A stretch of 64,000 bases of DNA from an uncultured bacterium (GTDB lineage: Bacteria > Patescibacteriota > Patescibacteriia > CAIQCM01): contig OY970181.1 in assembly GCA_963708045.1 (NCBI GenBank), positions 515,740-579,739 on the forward strand, written 5' to 3'. The position numbers were made by a program, and so were the translations under genes. The notes under the pieces are model-generated. The model saw only the letters and a program-made list of their open reading frames with translations, was not told the DNA's origin and made no database searches. Of the stretch, positions 1-9,176 are shown one piece after another (the stretch's first letter is position 1; every line of letters starts with the position of its first letter).

Positions 1-1
1 T

Positions 2-316
2 TTGCGTGCACCCGCGGAAGTGTTGCTTGCGCGAATTAGTGATCACCATTCGCGACTTTGCGAAAATCGTGAAAGCGAATCGCGGGTCGTGAACGTTACC
101 TCACTGCCGTTGGTTGAGGCAGCGGATCGTCTGCGTCTTCTTGTTCTAGGTCTAAAAACGGAATCCGCTTTTAGCAAATTGGCGATGGACGTTGATGCGG
201 CCGCGGGCAGAATTGTGGAGATAATCAAACTTCGTTTATTCCACGACCTGCCATTTTGCCCCGACCGTCCGCGAACGATGGCGGCACCGCAACCAGTTGT
301 TTCCGCCACACTGTAG
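2..316 (+). CDS. hypothetical protein, 5'-partial at the window edge
   Basis: Open frame from the window start to TAG 314-316; GC-rich; no recognisable motif; followed by hairpin 343-378. Confidence 0.2.
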   Translation: MRAPAEVLLARISDHHSRLCENRESESRVVNVTSLPLVEAADRLRLLVLGLKTESAFSKLAMDVDAAAGRIVEIIKLRLFHDLPFCPDRPRTMAAPQPVVSATL

Positions 317-342
317 TTCGTGAGAGAACGACGTCTCAAAAT

Positions 343-378
343 AAAATCCCGCCTCGAGCGAACTCGCGGCGGGATTTT
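343..378. terminator. bidirectional intrinsic terminator-like hairpin (aaaatcccgcc ... ggcgggatttt)
   Basis: 11-bp perfect arms with an A-tract before and a T-tract after; sits between the convergent ORF 2-316 (+) and radA (-). Confidence 0.6.
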
Positions 379-395
379 TGCAATTTATTAAAGTT

Positions 396-1700
396 TTAAA
401 AATTTAATCCTTTTAGCGCATCGGCGATCGTTCGGCTGTCGGGTGGAGAAACGATTTTTTTAAGGCCAAAACGCAGGGCTTCGGTAATGCGGCGGTCGGA
501 GCCGCGCACGGTGCGTAGTTCGCCGCCAAGCCCGACCTCGCCAAAGGCGCAGAGGTCAGAGGGAAGTGGTTTGTTTTTGGCGGCCGAATAAATAGCAATC
601 GCAACGGCAAGGTCGGCGGCTGGCTCGCGTAATTTTATTCCGCCGACAATGTTAATGTGCACGTCGGCTTTGCCAAGGTTAAGGCCGCCGCGCGACGAAA
701 GAACGGCCACGATCATTTGTAGGCGATTAAGGTCAAAACCCGAGGCGCGCCGTACGGGAGCGCTATAAGACGACGGGTGGACGAGTGCCTGAACTTCAAC
801 AAGCATTACGCGCGAGCCTTCAAGCGCGGCGGTAATCGCCGAACCGGCGAGGTGCGACCGCTCGCGGACGAAAAGCTCCGAAGGATTGGGGACTTCTTTT
901 AACCCTTTTTCTTTCATTACAAAAACACCGACCTCTTCGGTTGAACCAAAGCGATTTTTTTCGGCGCGCAAAACGCGGAATTGTGATTCGCGATCGCCTT
1001 CAAGCGACAAGTTAACGTCAACGAGATGTTCCAGCGATTTTGGTCCGGCCGCCGAGCCTTCTTTGGTAACCTGTCCGATAATAATTGTCGGCACGCCAGA
1101 CTTTTTTGCGGCATCGGTTAAAATAGCCGCCGAGCTTCGGACACCAGCCAGCGAGCCGGCATCGGCACCCGGAGTTTTCATTGTTTGGATGGAGTCAATA
1201 ATCGCGAGCGATGGACGTTCGTTAGTAATTGTTGCGGCAACGCGGGTGGCATCGGTTTCGCCAAGAAAATTTATTTTTGTAAGATCGGCGCCGATGCGGT
1301 CAAGGCGCATTTTTACTTGCTCAACGCTTTCTTCACCAGAAACATAAAGCGTTTTCGCACCCGTGCGCCCAAGCTCGTTCGCGATTTGCGCCGCGAGCGT
1401 GGACTTGCCGTTCCCGGGTTCGCCGCAAAGCAAAATAACTTCACCAAGAACAAGACCGCCGCCGATCACGCGGTCAACCTCATTAATTCCGGTTGGTGTT
1501 CGCTCACTGCTTACCGAAGAAACATCGGCAAAGGAAACTGTTTTGGCGGCGCCAGCGATCGGCGCTGAGACGGTCGCTTTTTCCGTTTTTATTTCTTCTC
1601 TTACTGAACTCCACGCGCCGCATTCCGAACAGCGCCCGATCCACTTAGGGAACTGGGCGCCGCATTTTTCGCATTCAAAAATCGTTTCAGGTTTTGGCAT
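396..1700 (-). CDS. radA: DNA repair protein RadA/Sms
   Basis: N-terminal C4 zinc ribbon (CEKCG...CSECG), RecA-like Walker A GEPGNGKST, KNRFG motif, Lon-protease-like C-terminal domain. Confidence 0.9.
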   Translation of the reverse strand: MPKPETIFECEKCGAQFPKWIGRCSECGAWSSVREEIKTEKATVSAPIAGAAKTVSFADVSSVSSERTPTGINEVDRVIGGGLVLGEVILLCGEPGNGKSTLAAQIANELGRTGAKTLYVSGEESVEQVKMRLDRIGADLTKINFLGETDATRVAATITNERPSLAIIDSIQTMKTPGADAGSLAGVRSSAAILTDAAKKSGVPTIIIGQVTKEGSAAGPKSLEHLVDVNLSLEGDRESQFRVLRAEKNRFGSTEEVGVFVMKEKGLKEVPNPSELFVRERSHLAGSAITAALEGSRVMLVEVQALVHPSSYSAPVRRASGFDLNRLQMIVAVLSSRGGLNLGKADVHINIVGGIKLREPAADLAVAIAIYSAAKNKPLPSDLCAFGEVGLGGELRTVRGSDRRITEALRFGLKKIVSPPDSRTIADALKGLNF

Positions 1701-3130
1701 TAGAAGGCAGAGTTACCGGTTCCGTAAGGTCGATCGCAAGGTTTGGCGCGTTTGGCACCAAGCGGTAAATTATATTCAAAGTGCCACCACTCCGGACAAT
1801 AACGCACCCAGCCCGCTTGGTTCATAATTGATTCAAGGGCGTCAATGCGAGCTTGACTCATATTCTCTGAAGTGAGTTCGTTCCCTTTTGAAATAAGGTG
1901 AATATCAACCGCGTGGCCCGTAAGATGGGCGCCGCTGCAGGTAGTGCCAGTGGCGACGTGTTTTCTGGCTTCTTCTTCGGAACCATACTGCGCAACGGCG
2001 TCTCTAAATTTTGCTTGTTGTTCGGCCTGTGTTCTTATGGCGTCAACAACTTTTAGACCGGAAAAATTCGCGCCGCTTCCTGGTTCTTTTGGTGGGTTTC
2101 CTGGGTCAACGGTTTTGGCGGCAATTTGTCCAGCTTGCCCTAGCGCGCCATTCGTGTCGCTCGTGAGACGATTATCTCCGGCGGCCGCAGTTATGTTTGA
2201 AGTTCCAGAAATGTTCGTTAATGTTGCTGCGTCGGCGCAGGTAAAATTCCCAATGTCCGAGCCAACGTCGGCAAGCGGCAACGGCACGCCGGTTACGGAT
2301 TTTAGAGTTATTGATTTTAAAGCAGTTAGTTGTGGATTGATAAGTTGAAGCGCAGTGTATGAACCAAGAGCAAGCAAGAGGCCGATAACCGCGCTTGTGA
2401 TCATTGTTTTGGCTTCGGAAATTTGCGGCGCGCTCCCCGCGGCAATAAGCCAGCGAAAACCACCAACCATAATCATAATGACGGCGAGGACGGCGGCCAT
2501 CGCGACGCCGTAGCGGTACAAGGCGCTAATGTAGACGGCAATGTAGGGGATATTAATGTCGCCGTTCGCGTCCTGGGTTGCGACCAAGTCGGAAATATTT
2601 AAAGTCGGAATGTCAATCATTAATTTTGGATTGACAGCGGTAAAAGGAATTGCGGCTGGCGTGGTTGGTACAGTGCCGCCAGGAGAGGTGGTCTCGGTTT
2701 TGGCGCCGCATTCGGGAACCAGATCCATTGAAGTTTTAGGAATCTCGCTCAGGAAAACATAGCCGGCGATCGGCGGTGTGACCGTTGAGCAGTTTTCTTT
2801 TGGACCGTTTGTTTCGGCGCAGATATTGCCGCCTGGGTTTGTCAGGCAGGTGGTTGTTGCGGAGTCGCAAGGCGGCGGGGTTGGCGTTGTTCCACCGGAA
2901 GAGCTTCCTGGTGGGGCGAAAACGCAGGTGTTAGAAATATATTTATCGCAAAAAGTTGGATCTGTTTCACAGTGGGCTTGGGTTGCACCAAACGCCGCGC
3001 AACCTTGCGCCGGCGGCGGAAAGCATTTGGCCATTTCGCTGCTTTTGGTAATACAACAAAATCTAGCCATTGTTGGCAGCGGTGTGCAAAGAAAAAAAGT
3101 TAAAATTGTCGCGAAAATTATTTTTTTCAT
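1700..3130 (-). CDS. secreted Cys-rich protein with a TrbC/VirB2-like membrane hairpin and a C-terminal peptidase M15 (VanY / D-Ala-D-Ala carboxypeptidase-like) domain
   Basis: Signal peptide; ~14 Cys in the first 130 residues; two TM helices flanking RWLIAAGSAPQISEAK (TrbC/VirB2 pilin-like topology); C-terminal SGAHLTGHAVDI ... EWWHFEY zinc-peptidase M15 motifs; stop overlaps the radA start (TAATG). Confidence 0.6.
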   Translation of the reverse strand: MKKIIFATILTFFLCTPLPTMARFCCITKSSEMAKCFPPPAQGCAAFGATQAHCETDPTFCDKYISNTCVFAPPGSSSGGTTPTPPPCDSATTTCLTNPGGNICAETNGPKENCSTVTPPIAGYVFLSEIPKTSMDLVPECGAKTETTSPGGTVPTTPAAIPFTAVNPKLMIDIPTLNISDLVATQDANGDINIPYIAVYISALYRYGVAMAAVLAVIMIMVGGFRWLIAAGSAPQISEAKTMITSAVIGLLLALGSYTALQLINPQLTALKSITLKSVTGVPLPLADVGSDIGNFTCADAATLTNISGTSNITAAAGDNRLTSDTNGALGQAGQIAAKTVDPGNPPKEPGSGANFSGLKVVDAIRTQAEQQAKFRDAVAQYGSEEEARKHVATGTTCSGAHLTGHAVDIHLISKGNELTSENMSQARIDALESIMNQAGWVRYCPEWWHFEYNLPLGAKRAKPCDRPYGTGNSAF

Positions 3131-3132
3131 TT

Positions 3133-3783
3133 TTATTCCAGAAAAATATTTATTTCCTGAGCGGTGACGTTGCCCGAATATACCTCGCCATTAATAAAAA
3201 GATAGGGGAGCGAATCAATGCCGGCTGCGTCGCCCGAAGCAAGTCCATAATTGACTTCGTTTTTATGTACTAGGTTTTTAAGACAAGAAGAAAACGTACC
3301 TAGATTAAGCTTAAGCTCAGCGGCAAGGGTAGTGTATTTTTCTTCGTTTAAAGAATTTTGATATTGAAAAAGCGCGTCATGAAATTGCCAAAATTTTCCT
3401 TGGTCGTTCGCGCAGCGTGCTGCCTCGGCAGCCGCCGCGGCGTTGGCGTGTCCCGACATTGGATAATCTTTCCAAACAAGACGCGTATCGTTTCGGAGTT
3501 TTACCAAAGCGGCAAGTTCGCTTGCCGCATTGGCACAAGCGGCGCATTCATAATCGCCAAATTCAATAATCGTGTTCACGGCATTTTTTGGTCCCAAGAA
3601 CGGGTCAGACGCCAAAACACCAGGTACGACAATGTTATCGGCGTTTTTATTTAAATCAAAGTCAGCGATGCGCGGCGTTGTGGTGGGACTAGAAAAAACA
3701 AAAAAAGCAAAAATACCAATTACCGCAATCGCGGCCAGGGAAATATAAATCGCCAATTTTCCGGAGAGCTTATCGTCGGTCAT
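3133..3783 (-). CDS. membrane-anchored DsbA-like thiol:disulfide oxidoreductase (thioredoxin fold)
   Basis: N-terminal TM helix; thioredoxin CxxC active site (GDYECAACA); DsbA-family length and spacing. Confidence 0.7.
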   Translation of the reverse strand: MTDDKLSGKLAIYISLAAIAVIGIFAFFVFSSPTTTPRIADFDLNKNADNIVVPGVLASDPFLGPKNAVNTIIEFGDYECAACANAASELAALVKLRNDTRLVWKDYPMSGHANAAAAAEAARCANDQGKFWQFHDALFQYQNSLNEEKYTTLAAELKLNLGTFSSCLKNLVHKNEVNYGLASGDAAGIDSLPYLFINGEVYSGNVTAQEINIFLE

Positions 3784-5000
3784 TAGCGGAGAAGCATATT
3801 TTTAATAGAGCCGGTTCTGGCGTCCAAAAGAAAAAGATTGGTTTCGTCTTTTGAAATTTGTATTTTTGAAACGGTCATATCGTTTTCCGGACGGCCAATA
3901 AAGGACACCGTGCCGCTGGCTGCATTAATGCTATAAATGGAGTCGGGCGTATTGTTTAAGATTGTTGGATCCAAGCCGGAGCCTTCGGGTAAAACATCGG
4001 GGACGGCGCAATAGATGGTTTTGTTTCCAAAAAAAACGCATTTGTCGGCGGTGGTAAAAAGTTCGGTCGTAATACGGTCGCCGCCCGGCGTGGCGCCCGT
4101 TCCATCAACGATATAAAGACGCGGCTTGTAGTCGTCGTCGTTTGAAGCGGTGGAATAAAGAATTAGCGCGCCGTCGGGTGACCAAAGTGGGTCAAAATTT
4201 TCTCCTTGAACCGTGATGCCGGGCAAGTTTTCTCCATTTTTTCCGATCAGCAAAATAACTTTACTGCCAGGGTCGGCAAGCGGCCCGGTTTGTGAGAAAG
4301 CGGCAACTTGGCCGTTTGGCGATTGCTTAATAATTACTTTGTCAGCGTTCGCGCCCATTGGTTCAATCGGTTGCGGATCACTGCCGTCGCCTTTAGAAAC
4401 AATAAGCCAGTTTTGGTCGTTTGCATCATCGGTATTTTTTGTCGCCAGGTCGCCGTTTTGGGAAAAAGAAAATTCTGACCAAGTTTTTGGCAGCGTCGTC
4501 TGTTTTTGCGAGTCAAAATTAAAAGTTATTTTACTGCCGTCGGGAAATTCAATAACCGCGGTTTTGGCGTCGGTTGACCAGGTTACATTTTGCACGTCGG
4601 GAAAAATTTGCGAAGAAAGTTCTTGTTTGGTTCCGTCTGGTTTTACGGTGAAAAACTTTCCCGTTGCCCGATCATAATAATTTACCGATCGTCCATCTGT
4701 GCCAAGCGTTGCTCCAGCGGTTTCTCCGGAAACCAAAGTTGAAACAATCGTGAGTCCGCCGCGAGCCACAAGCGAGGCGCTCGTAAGGCTGGTATTGGCG
4801 TTTTCGTTTCCTGGAACAACGGGACGATTTCCAGCCTGGCCAGCCGAAGGAAGATTGCCGGAAGGAGTATTTATGTTGGTATTTTCTGGCGGCGGCGTTA
4901 CCGCGCTTGGTTTAAAAAAGAAGAAATAAATGGCATAAGCCATGCCGCAAACAACGGCGAGAAGTAAAATGCCCAAAGCGATGCGTTTAGTTAATGACAT
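3783..5000 (-). CDS. membrane-anchored TolB-like WD40/PD40 beta-propeller protein
   Basis: N-terminal TM helix; repeated WSPDG / KPDG / SPNG blade motifs typical of PD40 repeats; overlaps the dsbA-like start by 1 nt. Confidence 0.5.
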   Translation of the reverse strand: MSLTKRIALGILLLAVVCGMAYAIYFFFFKPSAVTPPPENTNINTPSGNLPSAGQAGNRPVVPGNENANTSLTSASLVARGGLTIVSTLVSGETAGATLGTDGRSVNYYDRATGKFFTVKPDGTKQELSSQIFPDVQNVTWSTDAKTAVIEFPDGSKITFNFDSQKQTTLPKTWSEFSFSQNGDLATKNTDDANDQNWLIVSKGDGSDPQPIEPMGANADKVIIKQSPNGQVAAFSQTGPLADPGSKVILLIGKNGENLPGITVQGENFDPLWSPDGALILYSTASNDDDYKPRLYIVDGTGATPGGDRITTELFTTADKCVFFGNKTIYCAVPDVLPEGSGLDPTILNNTPDSIYSINAASGTVSFIGRPENDMTVSKIQISKDETNLFLLDARTGSIKNMLLR

Positions 5001-5085
5001 AGTTGTTTATTATAACGCATTATCAAAGTTTGGGCACGTAATTATTAACTTTTAACTGTTAACTGTTAACTTTTTGGAAAATAAC

Positions 5086-5113
5086 AAAAAAGACCCAGCG
5101 TTGAGTCTTTTTT
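5086..5113 (-). terminator. intrinsic terminator hairpin downstream of lemA (aaaaaagac ... gtctttttt)
   Basis: 9-bp stem flanked by A/T tracts, so usable in either direction. Confidence 0.55.
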
Positions 5114-5129
5114 GTTATTAAACTTTTAG

Positions 5130-5681
5130 CTAAAACTGGACTTTTGGCGCTTCGCGTTCGGCGCCGGTCATTGTTTCAAAAAATTCACGAGCGGTAAACT
5201 TGAGAAGTGAGGCGATAATGTTGGTTGGAATTGATTGAATAAGGATGTTCCAGTCGCGAACATTGGCGTTGTAAAAACGGCGCGCGGCTTCAATTTTGTC
5301 TTCAGCATCGCGCAACTCCGACTGCAAACGCATAAAGTTTTCCGAAGCTTTAAGTTCGGGGTAATTTTCCGCAACCGCAAAAAGGGTTTTTAAGGTGGAG
5401 GTCAGCATATTTTCCGCGACCGCGTGCTCGGCTGGGGACTTGGCGTTCATCGCCGCGGAACGGGCGAGGGCAATATCTTCAAAGGTGGATTTTTCGTGGA
5501 CAGCGTAGCCTTTGACCGTCTCCACCATATTGGGGATAAGGTCGTAGCGGCGCTTAAGCTGAACGTCAATGTCGGACCACGAATTATCGGCGGCGTTTTT
5601 TGCGCCGATGAGTTTGTTGTAAGTCGCTACAAACCAAGCGAGAATAATAACGATGACGCCAATTACGATCCAAAGGGCCAT
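5130..5681 (-). CDS. lemA: LemA family membrane protein
   Basis: N-terminal TM helix plus the conserved LemA core (NKLI...DIDVQLKRRYDLIPN...ENYPELKA...RRFYN). Confidence 0.85.
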   Translation of the reverse strand: MALWIVIGVIVIILAWFVATYNKLIGAKNAADNSWSDIDVQLKRRYDLIPNMVETVKGYAVHEKSTFEDIALARSAAMNAKSPAEHAVAENMLTSTLKTLFAVAENYPELKASENFMRLQSELRDAEDKIEAARRFYNANVRDWNILIQSIPTNIIASLLKFTAREFFETMTGAEREAPKVQF

Positions 5682-5757
5682 AGTAGTTATTTAGTTAATA
5701 ATCAAGTATTATATATTTATGGTCGCACAGTCGCGGCTATTCGTCAATCATAAAAAT

Positions 5758-7110
5758 ATGGAAATTAGTCCAAAAATATTCAAATCCTACGATATTCGCG
5801 GTTTGGCCAATAGTGAAATAAACGAAAAGAATGCCGAACTAATCGGTCGCGCTCTTGTGGAGTATTCGGAGGCAGAGCGGGTTCTTGTTGCACGCGATAT
5901 GCGTCTTTCTTCGCCGTCACTGCTTCGTGCTCTTGAGCGCGGGATAAATGCTTCTGGCGCTGACGTAATTGATATTGGTCTGGCTTCAAACCCGCTTTTT
6001 TATTTTGCCGTATCCGAAGAATTCCGCGATGGGAAAAAGGGTGCGGGCGTTAATGTTACTGCCTCGCATAATCCCAAAGAATATAACGGCTTTAAACTTG
6101 TTCACGAAGACGGTTCGCCGATTGGCGAAGGCGCGGGAATGGAAGCGATCCGCGATCTCGTGCTGGCTCAGAAATTTGACAATCATAAGCCGGGGAAAAT
6201 TAGCGAGAAAGATTTGCTTAAAAAATATATTGAACGCATTCTCTCGTTGGTTCCCAAAGAAGCGGTGGGCGAGCGACGTGTGGTTTTTGACGCGGGTAAT
6301 GGTATGGCCGGCATTACGCTTCCTGCTTTTATTCGCGCCTACGGGATTCAGAATGAAAATTTATTTTTTGATCTTAACGGCAATTTCCCAAACCATACGC
6401 CCAACCCCGTGCAAGAAGAAACGCTTGGCGCTCTAAAAAATATGGTTTTGCAAACGCACTCGGAGCTTGGTGTGTCTTTTGATGGCGACGCTGACCGGGT
6501 TGGGTTTGTTGATGAGCGTGGCGTTTTTGTACACGGCGACATTATGACAGCGTTTATCGCTAAAGAAATGTTGCGGCGAAGTCCGGGGAGCTGGATTGTG
6601 ACGACAATTCAGGCGAGCTTGATTGTGGGCGAAACTGTTTCCGCCGCCCATGGGAAATTAGAGACCGTCCGTGTCGGCAGTCCGTTTTTAAAATACGCGA
6701 TGCGTAAGTCGGGTGCGGTTTTTGGCGGCGAGCTTTCTATGCACTTTGTATTTCGCGAAATGAATTATTTGGAAGCGCCGGAACTGGCTGTAGCGATTGT
6801 TCTGGCCGCAATAAATCGTGAGAAAAAACCTTTTTCCGAATTAATTCGGCCACTCATTAAGTACCACAAGACCGCCGAAATTAATTTTCCCGTTAAAGAC
6901 AAGGTCGCCACACTTGCTGCTTTGGAGAAAAAATATTCCGACGGCAAAGTTAATCATTTGGACGGCGTGCGAATTGATTATCCCTCGTGGTGGTTTTCGG
7001 TTCGTGTTTCTAATACCGAACCCGTCATCCGCCTAAACCTTGAAGCCAATACGGAAGAAGAAAAGAACTCGCGCCTCGCGGAGGTAATGGAAATTATAAA
7101 AAACTTTTAA
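5758..7110 (+). CDS. phosphomannomutase/phosphoglucomutase (alpha-D-phosphohexomutase family)
   Basis: FKSYDIRG N-terminal motif; active-site TASHNP; four-domain length. The ORF track starts at 5719, but ATG 5758 (MEISPKIF) is the likely start. Confidence 0.85.
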   Translation: MEISPKIFKSYDIRGLANSEINEKNAELIGRALVEYSEAERVLVARDMRLSSPSLLRALERGINASGADVIDIGLASNPLFYFAVSEEFRDGKKGAGVNVTASHNPKEYNGFKLVHEDGSPIGEGAGMEAIRDLVLAQKFDNHKPGKISEKDLLKKYIERILSLVPKEAVGERRVVFDAGNGMAGITLPAFIRAYGIQNENLFFDLNGNFPNHTPNPVQEETLGALKNMVLQTHSELGVSFDGDADRVGFVDERGVFVHGDIMTAFIAKEMLRRSPGSWIVTTIQASLIVGETVSAAHGKLETVRVGSPFLKYAMRKSGAVFGGELSMHFVFREMNYLEAPELAVAIVLAAINREKKPFSELIRPLIKYHKTAEINFPVKDKVATLAALEKKYSDGKVNHLDGVRIDYPSWWFSVRVSNTEPVIRLNLEANTEEEKNSRLAEVMEIIKNF

Positions 7111-7167
7111 CTTTTAACTTTTAACTATTAGGAAAGACCTAAAAGTTAACAGTTAACAGTTAACAGT
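7103..7167. repeat. heptamer-repeat palindrome: (AACTTTT)x3, spacer, (GTTAACA)x3
   Basis: Tandem 7-mers overlap the phosphohexomutase stop, and the inverse array ends 7 nt before the murI ATG. Confidence 0.8.
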
Positions 7168-7173
7168 TCGGCA

Positions 7174-7959
7174 ATGATCGGCATCTTTGACTCGGGAATC
7201 GGTGGACTTACCGTGGCACGCGCTGTGCGGAAAAAAATTCCTGGCGCGGATATTTTGTATTTTGGCGACGTCGCGCGGATGCCGTATGGCAACAAAAGCG
7301 CAGAAACGGTTGTTGAATATAGTCGCGAGATTGTTCGTTATCTCGTGGCGCATGGTGCAGAAATGATCATCATTGCCTGCAATACCGCTTCTGCCGCGGC
7401 GGCGGATAAATTGCGAAAAGAATTCTCCGTTCCGATTTTAGACGTCATTAAACCTGCCGTTCTTGTGGCACGTAGCATGTCGCGTGTGGCACGTAGCAAT
7501 ATTGCCGTTTTGGGTACCAGGGGGACAATTGGGAGCGGCGCCTACCAAAAGCTGTTGCGTAAAGGCGACGGCAAGGTTAAGGTATTTCCGCTCGCTTGCC
7601 CAATGTTTGTTCCGCTGGTTGAAGAGGGTTTTGCTGGCACCCGCGAAGGCGCGGAAATCGTAAAGCATACTCTGCGGCCGCTTGCTCATAAAAAAATAAC
7701 CAAAGTTATTCTTGGTTGTACTCATTATCCGTTGCTTAAAAAAGAGATTGCGGCGGTTTTTCCAAAAGCTCGGCTTGTTGATTCTTCCGCTGTCGCCATT
7801 CTAGCGGCGCGGCTCTATAAAAAAAGCGGCAAAGCAGGGAAGACGCAAGTTGTCGTGACCGACCTAACGCCGCATTTCAACAGGTTAGCTCAAAAAATAA
7901 TGGGAGAAAAAATCGCCGTTAAAAAAATCACCATTGATAAATTAAATTCAAAAAAATAA
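7174..7959 (+). CDS. murI: glutamate racemase
   Basis: GIFDSGIGGLTV N-terminus; ACNTAS and GCTHYP catalytic Cys motifs. Confidence 0.9.
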   Translation: MIGIFDSGIGGLTVARAVRKKIPGADILYFGDVARMPYGNKSAETVVEYSREIVRYLVAHGAEMIIIACNTASAAAADKLRKEFSVPILDVIKPAVLVARSMSRVARSNIAVLGTRGTIGSGAYQKLLRKGDGKVKVFPLACPMFVPLVEEGFAGTREGAEIVKHTLRPLAHKKITKVILGCTHYPLLKKEIAAVFPKARLVDSSAVAILAARLYKKSGKAGKTQVVVTDLTPHFNRLAQKIMGEKIAVKKITIDKLNSKK

Positions 7960-7975
7960 CTTAACCCAACGCCAA

Positions 7976-9076
7976 ATGTCTCTTGTCTTAGCTTTTATCA
8001 TTGTTTTTGCCACAATTGTTTTTGTTCACGAATTCGGTCATTTTATTACTGCGCGCAAATCGGGAATGAACGTTGAAGAATTTGGCTTTGGTTTTCCGCC
8101 GCGATTGTTTTCTATAAAACGCGGCCAGACGGTTTATTCGCTAAACCTTATTCCCTTGGGTGGCTTTGTTAAAATAAAAGGGGAGAATGGCGAAGACAAC
8201 GATTCGTCCGACAGTTTTTCCGCAAAAAGCATTCCGCGTCGCGCGATTACTTTGGCCGCCGGCGTTCTCGCGAACGTTCTTTTGGCGTTCGTTATTTTTA
8301 CCGTTATCTATATTGTTGGCGCGCCGCAGATGACCGAAAATTTGCCGCCTAGCGCGATTGTTTCCGGTGAACGGACGGTGATAACCGAAGTCCTTGCAGA
8401 TTCACCGGCGGCGCGCGCGTCGCTAAAGGCCAATGATGAGGTTTTAAAAATTAACAACGGGAAAATAACTGGCGTTCTGGCTTTGCAGACAGAAATAAAA
8501 AATAGCGTCGGTGACATTAACTTGCTCATTTCTCGCTCGGGCAAGGAATTTAATGTCACAATTACACCAGCCGCGCTTTCGGAAACCGTGAGCCGTGGCA
8601 TTGGCGTCGGGTTGGCTGATATTGGAACTGTGCGCTTTCCTTGGTATCGGGCGCCAATATACGCCGCTTCCGCCGTTGCCTCGGTGACAACGGCAATCGG
8701 CAGTTCACTTTGGAGTTTGATTGTGAATATCGTCATTGGCAAAGGTCTTTCGTCCGAAGTGTCGGGTCCAATCGGCATTGCCGCGGCAACGGGACAAGCG
8801 GCCAACTTAGGCTGGCGATATTTGGCTCAGTTTACGGCAATTTTATCGTTAAATTTGGCCGTTTTAAACATCATTCCGTTTCCAGCGCTTGATGGCGGGC
8901 GCTTGCTCTTTTTGCTAGTTGAGGCCTTGCGCCGCCGTCCGATTTCTAGGAAGATTGAAGGGGTCGTCCACCAGTCGGGTTTTGCTTTGTTAATGCTTCT
9001 TGTATTAGTAATTACTTGGAAAGATCTGATAAGATATGGAGGAGCAATCGGTGGGTTTTTTAAGGGAATGTTTTAG
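7976..9076 (+). CDS. rseP: RIP zinc metalloprotease RseP (site-2 protease, M50)
   Basis: HEFGH zinc motif in TM1; PDZ domain; LDGG motif near the C-terminus. Confidence 0.85.
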   Translation: MSLVLAFIIVFATIVFVHEFGHFITARKSGMNVEEFGFGFPPRLFSIKRGQTVYSLNLIPLGGFVKIKGENGEDNDSSDSFSAKSIPRRAITLAAGVLANVLLAFVIFTVIYIVGAPQMTENLPPSAIVSGERTVITEVLADSPAARASLKANDEVLKINNGKITGVLALQTEIKNSVGDINLLISRSGKEFNVTITPAALSETVSRGIGVGLADIGTVRFPWYRAPIYAASAVASVTTAIGSSLWSLIVNIVIGKGLSSEVSGPIGIAAATGQAANLGWRYLAQFTAILSLNLAVLNIIPFPALDGGRLLFLLVEALRRRPISRKIEGVVHQSGFALLMLLVLVITWKDLIRYGGAIGGFFKGMF

Positions 9077-9167
9077 CATATACCATGAACCACGTACCAT
9101 GTACCATCCACCAAGGAGTAGTTAATGGTTTGTTTTCAATGGTTCATGGTTCATGGTGCATGGTTCA
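9077..9167. repeat. heptamer-repeat palindrome: (CATGWAC)x5, AAGGAG-containing centre, (TGGTTCA)x4 ending 9 nt before the pheS ATG
   Basis: Left array 9077-9111, right array 9140-9167; the right array is in sense orientation immediately upstream of pheS, which has no SD. Confidence 0.8.
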
Positions 9168-9176
9168 TAAATAAAT

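Noticed and set aside
886-2348. Antisense and alternate-frame ORFs inside radA and the M15 gene (886-1347, 1185-1568, 1944-2348 and similar)
   Set aside because: They lie wholly within well-supported genes on the other strand or frame; typical shadow ORFs
7103-7167. Similarity of the units (TAACAGT, TGGTTCA) to cyanobacterial STRR heptamers, which might suggest a cyanobacterial origin
   Set aside because: The gene content does not look cyanobacterial (TrbC-like pilin, cohesin/dockerin, TGS-less ThrS, broken rplKAJL cluster); the resemblance is taken as convergent
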